From: an uncultured Candidatus Saccharibacteria bacterium
GTDB taxonomy: Bacteria > Patescibacteriota > Dojkabacteria > SC72
Assembly: GCA_964351475.1 (NCBI GenBank)
Contig: CAYGOB010000002.1
Span: forward strand, 1 to 58,345
Reading direction: 5' to 3'
Length of the DNA stretch: 58,345 bases
A program made the position numbers and the translations under genes. The notes beneath the pieces are model-generated. The model was not told the origin of the DNA, searched no databases, and worked only from the letters and a program-made list of their open reading frames with translations. The number at the start of each line of letters is the position of its first letter. Position 1 is the stretch's first letter. This document shows, one piece after another, positions 1 through 9,321 of this stretch.

Positions 1-677
1 CCAATACAGTGGTCTTCTACATGTATCCAGTCTCTTACTTGTTTACCATCACCATATACTGGTATTTCTTGATTCATTATGGCTCTTGTTATGGCTAATG
101 GTATTAATTTCTCTGGATATTGGTATGGTCCATAGTTGTTAGAGCAGTTAGATATTGTTACAGGTAGTTTGTGTGTAGCGTGGTAGGCTCTTACTAAATG
201 GTCTGATCCTGCTTTAGAGGCAGAGTATACACTTCTAGGGTCATATACCATATCTTCATGGAATTTTGCTTTAGGGTTATTTAATGGTAGTTCTCCAAAT
301 ACTTCGTCTGTAGATATATGATGGAATCTAATGCCTCCGTGTTTAAGTGCCGCTTCTAGTAGTACTAGTGTACCTTGTACATTTGTTTTTACAAATTCTT
401 CGGGTCCTTCTATGCTTCTGTCTACATGGGATTCTGCAGCGAAGTGTACAATAAGGTCTTTCCCTTTTACTAGTTTATCTACTAATTTTTTGTTACATAT
501 GTTTCCTTTTACAAATGTGTATCTTTTGTTTTTTTCAATGTCTTTTAGATTATTTAAATTTCCTGCGTATGTTAGTTTGTCTAGGTTAGTTATTTTATCT
601 TTGGGGTATTTTTTAAGCCAGTATTTAACAAAGTTTGAGCCTATGAAGCCTGCTCCACCTGTTACTAGGATTTTCAT
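1..677 (-). CDS. rfbB: dTDP-glucose 4,6-dehydratase, N-terminal ~225 aa only (C-terminus lies beyond the left window edge)
   Basis: Not in the ORF track because there is no stop in the window. The reverse complement from ATG (comp. 675-677) reads MKILVTGGAGFIGSNFVKYWLKKYP... (Rossmann GxxGxxG). It runs in frame to ...DWIHVEDHCIG at the window edge, the conserved RfbB/RmlB pattern. Track ORF 331..702(+) is its antisense shadow. Confidence 0.9.
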   Translation of the reverse strand, partial: MKILVTGGAGFIGSNFVKYWLKKYPKDKITNLDKLTYAGNLNNLKDIEKNKRYTFVKGNICNKKLVDKLVKGKDLIVHFAAESHVDRSIEGPEEFVKTNVQGTLVLLEAALKHGGIRFHHISTDEVFGELPLNNPKAKFHEDMVYDPRSVYSASKAGSDHLVRAYHATHKLPVTISNCSNNYGPYQYPEKLIPLAITRAIMNQEIPVYGDGKQVRDWIHVEDHCI

Positions 678-751
678 GTATTTTTATATATTAAAAATTT
701 AATATGTTACTATGGGTAGTTTACAGTATTTGGGGGAGTTACGAAAGGCTC

Positions 752-1333
752 TCATTTTTTATGCTTATGGACCTTTAAGAAAGGATTGTCGTATATATCT
801 AAATCTATTATACCCACCTCTATATCCTTCATCTTTTCAAGAACAAGCGGTAGGGTTAGTTGATCTCGATAACTATACTGACTTATCAACGCCCACCAAT
901 ACTGATTTAGATTCGAGAAGTTGATTTCTGAATTCCTGTACATAACTCCAGTTGCAAAGACAGGAACTTTAGTTACATCTTTTCCAACATCCTTATATAA
1001 TTCTCTTATTTTCTGAACTTCTAAGTTATTTATATAGCCACTCTTTTGACATAACCTTAATTCATCCTCTATCGTATCATGAAAAGGATGCTTAAAGATA
1101 CAAAAATCAGCTTGTAATAATGATTTAAAGCCTTCTAGATCTAAAACCTCTACACTTGCATCTAACCAAAGATCAAAACCCTCTGGATTCAATACTTTGT
1201 ACAACCTAGCTTTTAATCTATCTGAAAAATTTCCCATACACCCAGAATATGGATTATAGCCCTCATCATAACGAATATTTGCAGAAAAATGTAAATTGTC
1301 GTACTCTCCAAAACACGCTGTATATGTTATCAT
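752..1333 (-). CDS. DUF616 / TOD1-MUCI70-like putative glycosyltransferase
   Basis: 193 aa. FGEYDNL near the N-terminus and WWALISQYSYRDQLTLP near the C-terminus resemble the DUF616 signature (Ww...RDQlSf) as I recall it. Located next to rfbB. Confidence 0.5.
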   Translation of the reverse strand: MITYTACFGEYDNLHFSANIRYDEGYNPYSGCMGNFSDRLKARLYKVLNPEGFDLWLDASVEVLDLEGFKSLLQADFCIFKHPFHDTIEDELRLCQKSGYINNLEVQKIRELYKDVGKDVTKVPVFATGVMYRNSEINFSNLNQYWWALISQYSYRDQLTLPLVLEKMKDIEVGIIDLDIYDNPFLKVHKHKK

Positions 1334-1416
1334 TCTATATATGATATTATCTCTTCAGTAATTTTACAATCTTAAAAGGGTTTTAACCAAGAAAGGTAAG
1401 AAATAAAATACTGTAA

Positions 1417-4206
1417 TTGCATCTTATTTTAGTTTTAAATTCTTTAATCTTGAAAAGTAAAAACGAGCAAAATTGGAAATTCTACGAACCTAAATTTGAA
1501 TTCTCAAAAAACTTACCTGTTGCCAAATCTGCCTGGAGCGGGCACTATCTCTTTGCATATGACCTGGTAGCGAATACAAAACCCCGTCTTGTCGTAGAGC
1601 TTGGAACACATAAAGGTAACTCTTTCTTTTCTTTTGCACAAGCAATAAAAGACCTAGAGCTTAAAACAGAACTACACGCTGTAGACACATGGGAAGGAGA
1701 CAAACATGCAGGATTCTACAAAGAAAAAGTGTACGAAAAGTTTTTAGATATTAAAGAAGAGTATTACAAGAATGTTCGGATTATTCCTCACAAGATGTTT
1801 TTTGATGAAGCTGTTGAAAAGTTTGAAGACAACAGCATAGATCTTTTACACATAGATGGACTACATACATACGAAGCTGTTAAACATGACTTTGAGACAT
1901 GGTTACCTAAAGTAAATACGAAAAGAGGTATTGTTCTTTTTCATGATATTTATGAGAAAGCAGATGATTTTGGTGTATATAAATTGTGGGAAGAAGTCAA
2001 AAAGAATTACACAACGATATCTTTTGAACATTCTCACGGATTAGGAGTTCTGCTTGTCAACAAAGATTACAAACTTCCTTCACATAAAATTGTAGAAACT
2101 CTTCTTGGGTATTACAACAATTTTTCTAAACTACAAGATTTAGAAAAGGAGATTCTTGACAAAGAGAAACATATTAAAAACTTGGAGGAGGAAAATCGAC
2201 AAAGAATAAACTCGTATCAAAAGCTGAATAAGGAAAATACTACCCTACAAGAGAAAAACCTCTTTTTAAGAGAGGAGAAGGAAATTCTCAAAAAAGAAGC
2301 CACTGAATTCCGTGTATTTAAACAAACTAAAATTTGGAAATGGCTAACTACGTATAGGAAAATTAAAAAGTATACAAAAAACTTTTTTATCAATATCTAC
2401 AAAGATGGTCCCATAAGAACTTTTAAAAGAATATTTCAAAGGATAGGCAAGATTATTAAATATCGAAGGCAAAAAAGAATAGATCAAAACAGATACAAGT
2501 ACTGGGTTAAAAATAACAAAATAACTAAAACCAGAAGAAAAAAAATAAAAGAGAAAACCAAGAACCTCTCATACAAACCTTTTATAAGTATAATAATGCC
2601 TGTATACAATGTAGAAGTTAGATGGATAAAAGAAGCCGTTAAATCAGTTAAAGATCAAATATATACAAATTGGGAGTTATGTATAGCAGATGATGCATCA
2701 ACAAACCCCCAATTGATTAAATATTTAGAAGATATTTCCAAAGATCCACGGATAAAAGTTGTATTTCGAGAAGAAAATGGACACATATCAGAAGCCTCAA
2801 ACTCTGCTCTTGAGCTAGCCACTGGAGAGTTTGTGGCCCTAATGGATAATGATGACATAATATATCCCCATGCTCTTGCAGAGGTTGTTAAGGTGTTAAA
2901 TGATAAAAAAGATACAGATTTTATATACTCTGATGAAGACAAGTTGAATATGAAAGGAGAAAGAGTAGAACCTTTTTTCAAACCCGATTGGTCTCCTGAT
3001 CTATTTCTTTCTACCAATTACATCTGTCACTTCTCTGTGATTAAGAAAGATATAGTGGATAAAGTTGGTGGTTTTAGAAAGGGATATGAAGGCTCTCAAG
3101 ATTATGATCTTTTCTTAAGAGTAACAGAGGAAACAGATAAAATTGAGCATATTCCAGATATACTCTACTCTTGGAGAAAAATCCCTGGGTCAACTGCTGC
3201 AGTATATGGAGATAAAAGCTATGCAAATAAAGCATCAATACAATCTTTGGAAGATGCAATAAAAAGAAGAGGTTTAGACGCTACCGTAGAGAAAGGTCTA
3301 TTCCCTGGTTCGTTTAGAGTTAAATATAAAATAAAAGAGAGTCCCTTAGTTAGTATTTTAATCCCTACCTTAGATAAGTATAAATATCTTGAGAGATGCA
3401 TATCATCTATATTTGAAAAAACTACATATGAAAACTTTGAAGTTATAATCATTGATACAGGTAGTACAGAGAAAGAAACTTTAGATTATTACAAAACCCT
3501 AGAAGGCAACTCTAAAATTAAATTCCTATCTTGGGAAAAGAAATTTAATTATTCAGCAGTAAATAATTACGGTGTAAAACATTCTAAAGGGGAGTACATC
3601 TTACTATTAAACAACGACACCGAAATCATTACCCCTGATTGGATAGAAGGTATGTTAGAACACGCACAAAGAGAAAAAATCGGAGCTGTGGGAGTTAAAC
3701 TCTACTATCCAAACAACACTATACAACACGCTGGTGTTGTTTTAGGTATAGGGGGACCTTCAAAAGAGGAAAGTATAGCTGCTCATGTTATGAGAACATA
3801 CCCTAAAGATATAATGGGAATTCCTTTCGCAACAAAGGATATAATCAGAAATTATTCTGCTGTTACTGCAGCTTGTCTAATGGTAAATAAAGAAAAATAC
3901 TTAGAGGTTTCTGGTCTAGATGAGAATTTTAGAATCGCCTTCAACGATATAGATTTCTGTTTAGAATTAAAGAAAAAAGGATATTGCAACTTGTATACTC
4001 CGTATGTTGAGCTGTACCATCACGAATCTGTATCAGTAGGTAAACCTGAGGAGAAATCAAGGGATATGAGAGAACTAGAGAGAGAAGTTCGGCTAATGAA
4101 GGACAAATGGATAGAACTTATTCATAATGATCCTTTTTATAATGAGAATCTTTGCTGGGAAGAAACAGATTTCAGTATTAAAACCCTTCTAGACAAGAAA
4201 GCTTAG
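1417..4206 (+). CDS. Multidomain enzyme: class I SAM methyltransferase - coiled coil - basic linker - GT2 - GT2 (WsaE-like architecture)
   Basis: 929 aa. MTase motifs are LVVELGTHKGNS, HIDGLHTYEAV and VLFHDI. A K/E/L heptad-like stretch lies at aa ~235-300. First GT2: ISIIMPVYNVE...DDAS...DNDD. Second GT2: VSILIPTLDK...IIIDTGS...NNDTE. No ATG occurs in the first 125 codons. The ORF opens with TTG right after TAA at 1414-1416, and a second TTG lies at 1450. Confidence 0.85.
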   Translation: MHLILVLNSLILKSKNEQNWKFYEPKFEFSKNLPVAKSAWSGHYLFAYDLVANTKPRLVVELGTHKGNSFFSFAQAIKDLELKTELHAVDTWEGDKHAGFYKEKVYEKFLDIKEEYYKNVRIIPHKMFFDEAVEKFEDNSIDLLHIDGLHTYEAVKHDFETWLPKVNTKRGIVLFHDIYEKADDFGVYKLWEEVKKNYTTISFEHSHGLGVLLVNKDYKLPSHKIVETLLGYYNNFSKLQDLEKEILDKEKHIKNLEEENRQRINSYQKLNKENTTLQEKNLFLREEKEILKKEATEFRVFKQTKIWKWLTTYRKIKKYTKNFFINIYKDGPIRTFKRIFQRIGKIIKYRRQKRIDQNRYKYWVKNNKITKTRRKKIKEKTKNLSYKPFISIIMPVYNVEVRWIKEAVKSVKDQIYTNWELCIADDASTNPQLIKYLEDISKDPRIKVVFREENGHISEASNSALELATGEFVALMDNDDIIYPHALAEVVKVLNDKKDTDFIYSDEDKLNMKGERVEPFFKPDWSPDLFLSTNYICHFSVIKKDIVDKVGGFRKGYEGSQDYDLFLRVTEETDKIEHIPDILYSWRKIPGSTAAVYGDKSYANKASIQSLEDAIKRRGLDATVEKGLFPGSFRVKYKIKESPLVSILIPTLDKYKYLERCISSIFEKTTYENFEVIIIDTGSTEKETLDYYKTLEGNSKIKFLSWEKKFNYSAVNNYGVKHSKGEYILLLNNDTEIITPDWIEGMLEHAQREKIGAVGVKLYYPNNTIQHAGVVLGIGGPSKEESIAAHVMRTYPKDIMGIPFATKDIIRNYSAVTAACLMVNKEKYLEVSGLDENFRIAFNDIDFCLELKKKGYCNLYTPYVELYHHESVSVGKPEEKSRDMRELEREVRLMKDKWIELIHNDPFYNENLCWEETDFSIKTLLDKKA

Positions 4207-4234
4207 AACGCAAAATTGATACAGAGATTTATTC

Positions 4235-5587
4235 CTAAACAGCTGCAAACCAAGTGTCTGTTAGGTTAGAGAAAAAGAAAGGTATACACCCATAAAAGAA
4301 AAATATTATCAACATAAAAATTATTATCCCTCTTAACCACTTGTTCTTCATCTCCACCAGATACCGAATCATAAGAAGATAGATAATTGGTAATACTGGA
4401 AACAAGTATCTCCCCTGCAAGGCCAAATCAAAAACATTATATCGAAAATACGTTCTAAAATTTTGATAAACTAACAATACAAACAAATAAAATAACACCA
4501 TTATAATAATATTGTTTTCCAAAAAATCCTTCTTGCTCCACTTTCTAAATATATTTACAACTAAAATAAGAGATAATAAAAAATATAGGTTTACAAGATA
4601 TCTATCCATAAGCATTCTTTGATGCCCAAAGATTCCATATACTCTCTTAATCATTTGCATACTCCAATTAAAAAGATATTCCACAGGTGTAACTCTAGCA
4701 TCTAATATCTCAACAAATTCTGGGTAAGTAGAAAAGGTAGCTCTCCCGAAATCTTTATCACGAGCATAAACTGCATTCTTTAAACAGTCTTCTGTATCCA
4801 ATATTCTGTCACACTGAACTTGCACTTGCCCGTACCTAACCATATTTCCTCCATACAGCGTAATTCCCAAACCAACAACAATAAAACTAATGAATAGAAG
4901 TATTTTATATTTCGAAAAAACTTCTTTAACAACAACCTTGAGTTTACTTTTTCTAATTATAAAAACAGGAAGTAATATCAACTGTATAAATATGACTGGA
5001 AAGACACTAAATTTCGTCATTATTGCAAGAACTTGGAAAATAAGTAGATACAACAAAAACAAGCTTCTCTCTGTCTTAAAATATTTAATAAAGAAGTATA
5101 TAGTTAAAAATATGAATAAATTCGAAAGATTGTCATAATTAACACTCGCAGAAAGAAATGCAAACATCAAGGTATTTGCAAAAAGGAAAGGAGGTAAAAG
5201 ATTGTAGAATTTCTTATTAATTACTTCTTTGGATATAAAATAAATTACTATTAAACCTAGGATAGATTGAAAAAGATTAAAGACTCTTAGAATCTTAAAA
5301 TCTTGAAAACCTGTTATGTTTAAATTAATCAACCTCGCGTTCAACCAAAAACTAAGATATGGGATTCTAGTTATATCTCCAAATCTATGAGTTTCTTCGG
5401 AATTCTCTGGAATTAATAAAGTTTCTGAGTAGAAAGTAGATACATTTATGTGATAGTTTTCATCAGGTGCAGTCCCTCGCCTGATATTAGACAATATATA
5501 CAGACCGAAAAGAAGAAAGATTAATAATATAATGGATAGAAGAACTGTTTCTACATTAAATAAATTTTTTATCTTTAATTTAGACAT
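4235..5587 (-). CDS. Polytopic GT-C-like membrane protein (DUF2142-like, PDExxH loop motif)
   Basis: 450 aa with >=10 hydrophobic segments. APDENYH follows the first TM segment, an acidic first-loop motif typical of GT-C glycosyltransferases. Its start overlaps the upstream gene's stop by 8 nt. Confidence 0.55.
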   Translation of the reverse strand: MSKLKIKNLFNVETVLLSIILLIFLLFGLYILSNIRRGTAPDENYHINVSTFYSETLLIPENSEETHRFGDITRIPYLSFWLNARLINLNITGFQDFKILRVFNLFQSILGLIVIYFISKEVINKKFYNLLPPFLFANTLMFAFLSASVNYDNLSNLFIFLTIYFFIKYFKTERSLFLLYLLIFQVLAIMTKFSVFPVIFIQLILLPVFIIRKSKLKVVVKEVFSKYKILLFISFIVVGLGITLYGGNMVRYGQVQVQCDRILDTEDCLKNAVYARDKDFGRATFSTYPEFVEILDARVTPVEYLFNWSMQMIKRVYGIFGHQRMLMDRYLVNLYFLLSLILVVNIFRKWSKKDFLENNIIIMVLFYLFVLLVYQNFRTYFRYNVFDLALQGRYLFPVLPIIYLLMIRYLVEMKNKWLRGIIIFMLIIFFFYGCIPFFFSNLTDTWFAAV

Positions 5588-6530
5588 CTTCTTTCTTCAA
5601 GAATTTTAAAAATATATATAATACTAAAACCCAAAAGACCATGACTACAAGCCCTACTCCCCTATCAAGCAAAGCCAACTGCATCACCTGTTCATTAGTA
5701 ATACCTAGTATATCAGATGTTATTACAAATATACCTTCCCTTATTCCCAAAGATCCGGGTGTTAAGCTAACTAGCAAAGAAACACCTGACAAACAGGAAT
5801 AAAGTATAACACTCACAAGATTAGTATTTATCCCTAATGCTTGAAATTGCAAATAAAATAACAATACTGAAAATATGAACCCTAAAATTGTTATCATTAA
5901 TAAGGATATTAATAACTTCTTATCTTTTAATATAATGTTCCATCCATTAAGAATGTTTTTAATAATATTTACAACCCTATTAACAAATTTGTATTTTCCC
6001 TCTCTTATCTTTTCAACAGGGAATTTAACTACACTAAGAACAATCATAGAAACAAATAACATCCCAAAGAAAGCATAAAGCGGTAAAGATAGAACGCTTG
6101 TTCTTGACTGAATCAAAAATAAAACAATTAACGCTATGAGGGAATTAACTAAAAAAACAATAATATAATTACCATACAAAGAAGATATAAAATGAGAAAA
6201 TGGAAATTTAAATTTCTTCTTAAGATACACTGATTTATATATCAATCCTCCTCTCATAGGCAAGAAATAATTTGCTAAAGAGGATACTACTGCTAAATAC
6301 GAAGCTTCTGATATATAAATATTTTTCTTAAATGATTTAAGTATTATTTTAATAAAGACTCCATTCAAAAATAATACCCCTGTATTAATTATAAATATTG
6401 GAATCAAGTATTTAGGTGAGGTAGACAATACATGTACGAAATCATCCCTGTTATTAATAAAGTAATATATAAAAAAAACTAATACTACAATTGTTATAAA
6501 GATTTTTACATATTCTCCAAGTTTTTTCAT
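5580..6530 (-). CDS. Lysylphosphatidylglycerol-synthase-TM-region / UPF0104 flippase-like membrane protein
   Basis: 316 aa, ~8 TM segments. The C-terminal LTPGSLGIREG motif is characteristic of the LPG_synthase_TM family. It has a 4-nt overlap with the GT2 upstream and an 8-nt overlap with the GT-C downstream. Confidence 0.6.
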   Translation of the reverse strand: MKKLGEYVKIFITIVVLVFFIYYFINNRDDFVHVLSTSPKYLIPIFIINTGVLFLNGVFIKIILKSFKKNIYISEASYLAVVSSLANYFLPMRGGLIYKSVYLKKKFKFPFSHFISSLYGNYIIVFLVNSLIALIVLFLIQSRTSVLSLPLYAFFGMLFVSMIVLSVVKFPVEKIREGKYKFVNRVVNIIKNILNGWNIILKDKKLLISLLMITILGFIFSVLLFYLQFQALGINTNLVSVILYSCLSGVSLLVSLTPGSLGIREGIFVITSDILGITNEQVMQLALLDRGVGLVVMVFWVLVLYIFLKFLKKEDV

Positions 6531-7513
6531 TTATTTTTCTTAAAAAGTAATCTAAAGACACCTTTGTACACTCCTGTACCAAAAGATAAAAGAACCAACG
6601 GACCAATAAGTATAACTGCTATAAAATCAATAAGAGAGAAACTTTTTATTAGTATTAAGTATATAAAAGCAAGTAAAAACATAAAAGAACAAACATATAA
6701 TAACCAGTCCCAAAGGAATACTATTAAAAACAGAAGAAGCAGAGGAAGAAAAAGGATAGCAGGTATAATCAAAAAATATTTTCTTTTCGAATCTTTATAA
6801 TAATCTACAAAACGAGGGCCTCTTTGATAAGTATGATAAAAAAAATCACCAAATTCATTTCTTTCACTATAATAAACTCGAACTTTAGAATTTTTGAGTA
6901 TAGTTACTCCATTTTTTACCATATTCGAGAAGATTAGAGTATCATCACTAACCCACTTTCCAGTATCCTTTGGTAATGATTTTAAAAATCTTTCTTTTTT
7001 ACAAAAAAACGGAGAGAATCCTTTTGGGATGATGTCAAAATTACTCTTATCAATATAAACATCTGGATATTCATATCCCCAATATTTTCCATAGAGAATT
7101 TTCCTAAAAACAAAAAAGAACCTGTTAATTAAGCTACCCTTCCTGTTCTGATAAGGATTACCTACAATAGGTTCATATCCCCTTTCTTTTATTACTTTTA
7201 ATATATCTGTATCAGCTATACATCTGTGATCAATGAATAAAAGATTTTCATATTTCGCATTCTTTACTCCTTCTAATCTGGCTTCTATTCTTCCTTTATT
7301 AACATCAAAATCTATTATCTTGATGTCAACACCCTCCTCCCTAAATCTTACTAAGAACTCTTCCATAATCTCCCTTGAATCATCAGTTGAACAGTCATTA
7401 ACCACAACTAATTCATAATCTGATTTCGGATACTCTATATTAAGGATAGCCTCTAAGCACTCATTTAATGTCTCCTCCCCATTGTAAACAGGAAGTACTA
7501 TTGATATTTTCAT
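6527..7513 (-). CDS. GT2 glycosyltransferase with C-terminal TM segments
   Basis: MKISIVLPVYNGEETL...VVVNDCSTDDS plus a hydrophobic C-terminal ~90 aa. Confidence 0.85.
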   Translation of the reverse strand: MKISIVLPVYNGEETLNECLEAILNIEYPKSDYELVVVNDCSTDDSREIMEEFLVRFREEGVDIKIIDFDVNKGRIEARLEGVKNAKYENLLFIDHRCIADTDILKVIKERGYEPIVGNPYQNRKGSLINRFFFVFRKILYGKYWGYEYPDVYIDKSNFDIIPKGFSPFFCKKERFLKSLPKDTGKWVSDDTLIFSNMVKNGVTILKNSKVRVYYSERNEFGDFFYHTYQRGPRFVDYYKDSKRKYFLIIPAILFLPLLLLFLIVFLWDWLLYVCSFMFLLAFIYLILIKSFSLIDFIAVILIGPLVLLSFGTGVYKGVFRLLFKKNK

Positions 7514-7608
7514 AGTTAAAAATCAATTTTATATTCAGCATATTCTACTATAAACAAAACTTCTTTCACAGTAAAACAAAAATGTTATACTGACTATTAC
7601 GATTAAAA

Positions 7609-8247
7609 ATGAAAACAATGTTATACGAAACAAATAAATATATCGACTCATATCATTCCTCTCCAGGCAAAAGAATTTACAGAGTTATAGACTCTATACA
7701 AATCAATAAAAATGACGTCATAGCTGATTATGCTTGTGGAAACGGTCTTTTAGCATTGGCATTAAATAATCATTATAAAGAATATTTTGGAATAGATACT
7801 TCTTCCTCCTTCATCAATAAATGTAACCAACTATCTAAAGAACAAAATTTTAAGAATACAAATTTTATAAAGGCTGATATTATAGAATTCTCAAAAGATA
7901 ATCACAACAAATTCTCAAAAGCATTTACCCTTGATTTTTCTGAACATATAGATGATCCTTCATTTATCAAAATATATACATCCATAAGAAATACTCTTAA
8001 AAAAGAAGGCCTTCTAATAATACATACTCCTAACAAAGATTTTTTATTAGAGAAGTTAAAACAGAAAGGTTTTCTACCACAAACAAGTGGACACATAGCT
8101 GTTCGAAATTCTCAAGAATATAAAAGATTATTGAAGAAATGTAATTTCAAAAACATTAAAGTCTCATACTTAAATCACTACAAGAAACTTCCTAATTTGG
8201 TTCCTGGGTCTTCAAAATCACGTTTATTAATTACCTGCACCAAGTAA
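7609..8247 (+). CDS. Class I SAM-dependent methyltransferase
   Basis: DYACGNGLLA (motif I, GxGxG-like) and LIIHTPN. 212 aa. Confidence 0.8.
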   Translation: MKTMLYETNKYIDSYHSSPGKRIYRVIDSIQINKNDVIADYACGNGLLALALNNHYKEYFGIDTSSSFINKCNQLSKEQNFKNTNFIKADIIEFSKDNHNKFSKAFTLDFSEHIDDPSFIKIYTSIRNTLKKEGLLIIHTPNKDFLLEKLKQKGFLPQTSGHIAVRNSQEYKRLLKKCNFKNIKVSYLNHYKKLPNLVPGSSKSRLLITCTK

Positions 8248-9321
8248 ATACTTTACTATCTCCTTACTAGGCTTAATTTCCTCAAACAAAGCCTTCCTTC
8301 TGTAATTATTATAATTCTCAACAAACTCATCTATAACCTCTTTATCAAACTTAGAAAGTACAACATTTTCTTCTAACCCTTCCTTTCTCTCTGTCTCATC
8401 TCTAAATAATATAGTAGGTATGCCAAGATAACTCAACTCTTCCTGATTACTACCTCCATCAGATATTACAAACTCTGCATCATTACACACATTAATCCAA
8501 TCTATAAAATCAAACCTTTCATGAAGAATTATTCTTTTATTCCTATCTAACTCATCATACAAATCTAAATCCTTTAACCTCTCTCTTGTAGTAGGATGTA
8601 ATGTAATAACTAATTTATGCTTCTTGGATATCTCCTTTAGATATGGAATTATTGTATCTGTAAACCTATCCTTAAATATATTCTCATACCTATGTATAGA
8701 CACTAATACATATGGTTCTTTCTGAAATTCAAACTCTGTTTTCTTCTCACTCTCTACCGCATACTTAACCCCATCCAACATAGTATTAGCTCCAATATTT
8801 ATTTTTTCTCCTTTAAATCTTTTTAGATTACTCATAGTCCAATCATCAGAACAAAAATAAATATTGGAAAGAGAAAAGGTAATTAGTCTAGATATTTCCT
8901 CTGGGAATGGACTAAATATATTAAAAGATCTAAGACCTGCTTCTACATGTGCTACCTTACAACCTGCTCTTCTACCCATGAGCGCTGCTAACCATGCTGT
9001 AAAGGTATCTCCATGAGTAAGAACTATACCTTTTTCAGGAAGGTATTTCTTTGCTTTAAAGAGAGACTTAAAAAACATATCTACGGTCCACCTAAAAAGT
9101 TTGGATTTAGTATTTGATTCTTCTCCTTCGTAAATAACAACATCTGGTTTTCTTAAACCATACACATCTAAAATTTCTTGAACATTTTCTTTGTGTTGTA
9201 CTGTGTATATTAGAGTGTACTCAACACCTTGGTTCTTCATCTCATACATCACAGGAGCCATCTTTATGAACTGTGCTCTGGTACCAAGAATTATATATAT
9301 TGGAATTCTACTCTCCTCCAT
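8227..9321 (-). CDS. UDP-N-acetylglucosamine 2-epimerase-like (WecB/Epimerase_2 family)
   Basis: ILGTRAQFIKMAP, HGDTFTA...VAHVEAGLRS...PFPEE, SIHRYEN and SDGGSNQEE...R..TER match the Epimerase_2 pattern. Confidence 0.75.
   Translation of the reverse strand: MEESRIPIYIILGTRAQFIKMAPVMYEMKNQGVEYTLIYTVQHKENVQEILDVYGLRKPDVVIYEGEESNTKSKLFRWTVDMFFKSLFKAKKYLPEKGIVLTHGDTFTAWLAALMGRRAGCKVAHVEAGLRSFNIFSPFPEEISRLITFSLSNIYFCSDDWTMSNLKRFKGEKINIGANTMLDGVKYAVESEKKTEFEFQKEPYVLVSIHRYENIFKDRFTDTIIPYLKEISKKHKLVITLHPTTRERLKDLDLYDELDRNKRIILHERFDFIDWINVCNDAEFVISDGGSNQEELSYLGIPTILFRDETERKEGLEENVVLSKFDKEVIDEFVENYNNYRRKALFEEIKPSKEIVKYLLGAGN

Noticed and set aside
331-702. Track ORF of 123 aa on the + strand
   Set aside because: It lies antisense to an unmistakable rfbB reading frame (MKILVTGGAGFIGSNF... 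on the minus strand). Its composition is Ser/Phe/Leu-rich with no motif.
712-924. Track ORF of 70 aa on the + strand
   Set aside because: It overlaps the 3' part of the DUF616-like gene on the opposite strand and has no recognisable features. It is most likely a shadow ORF.
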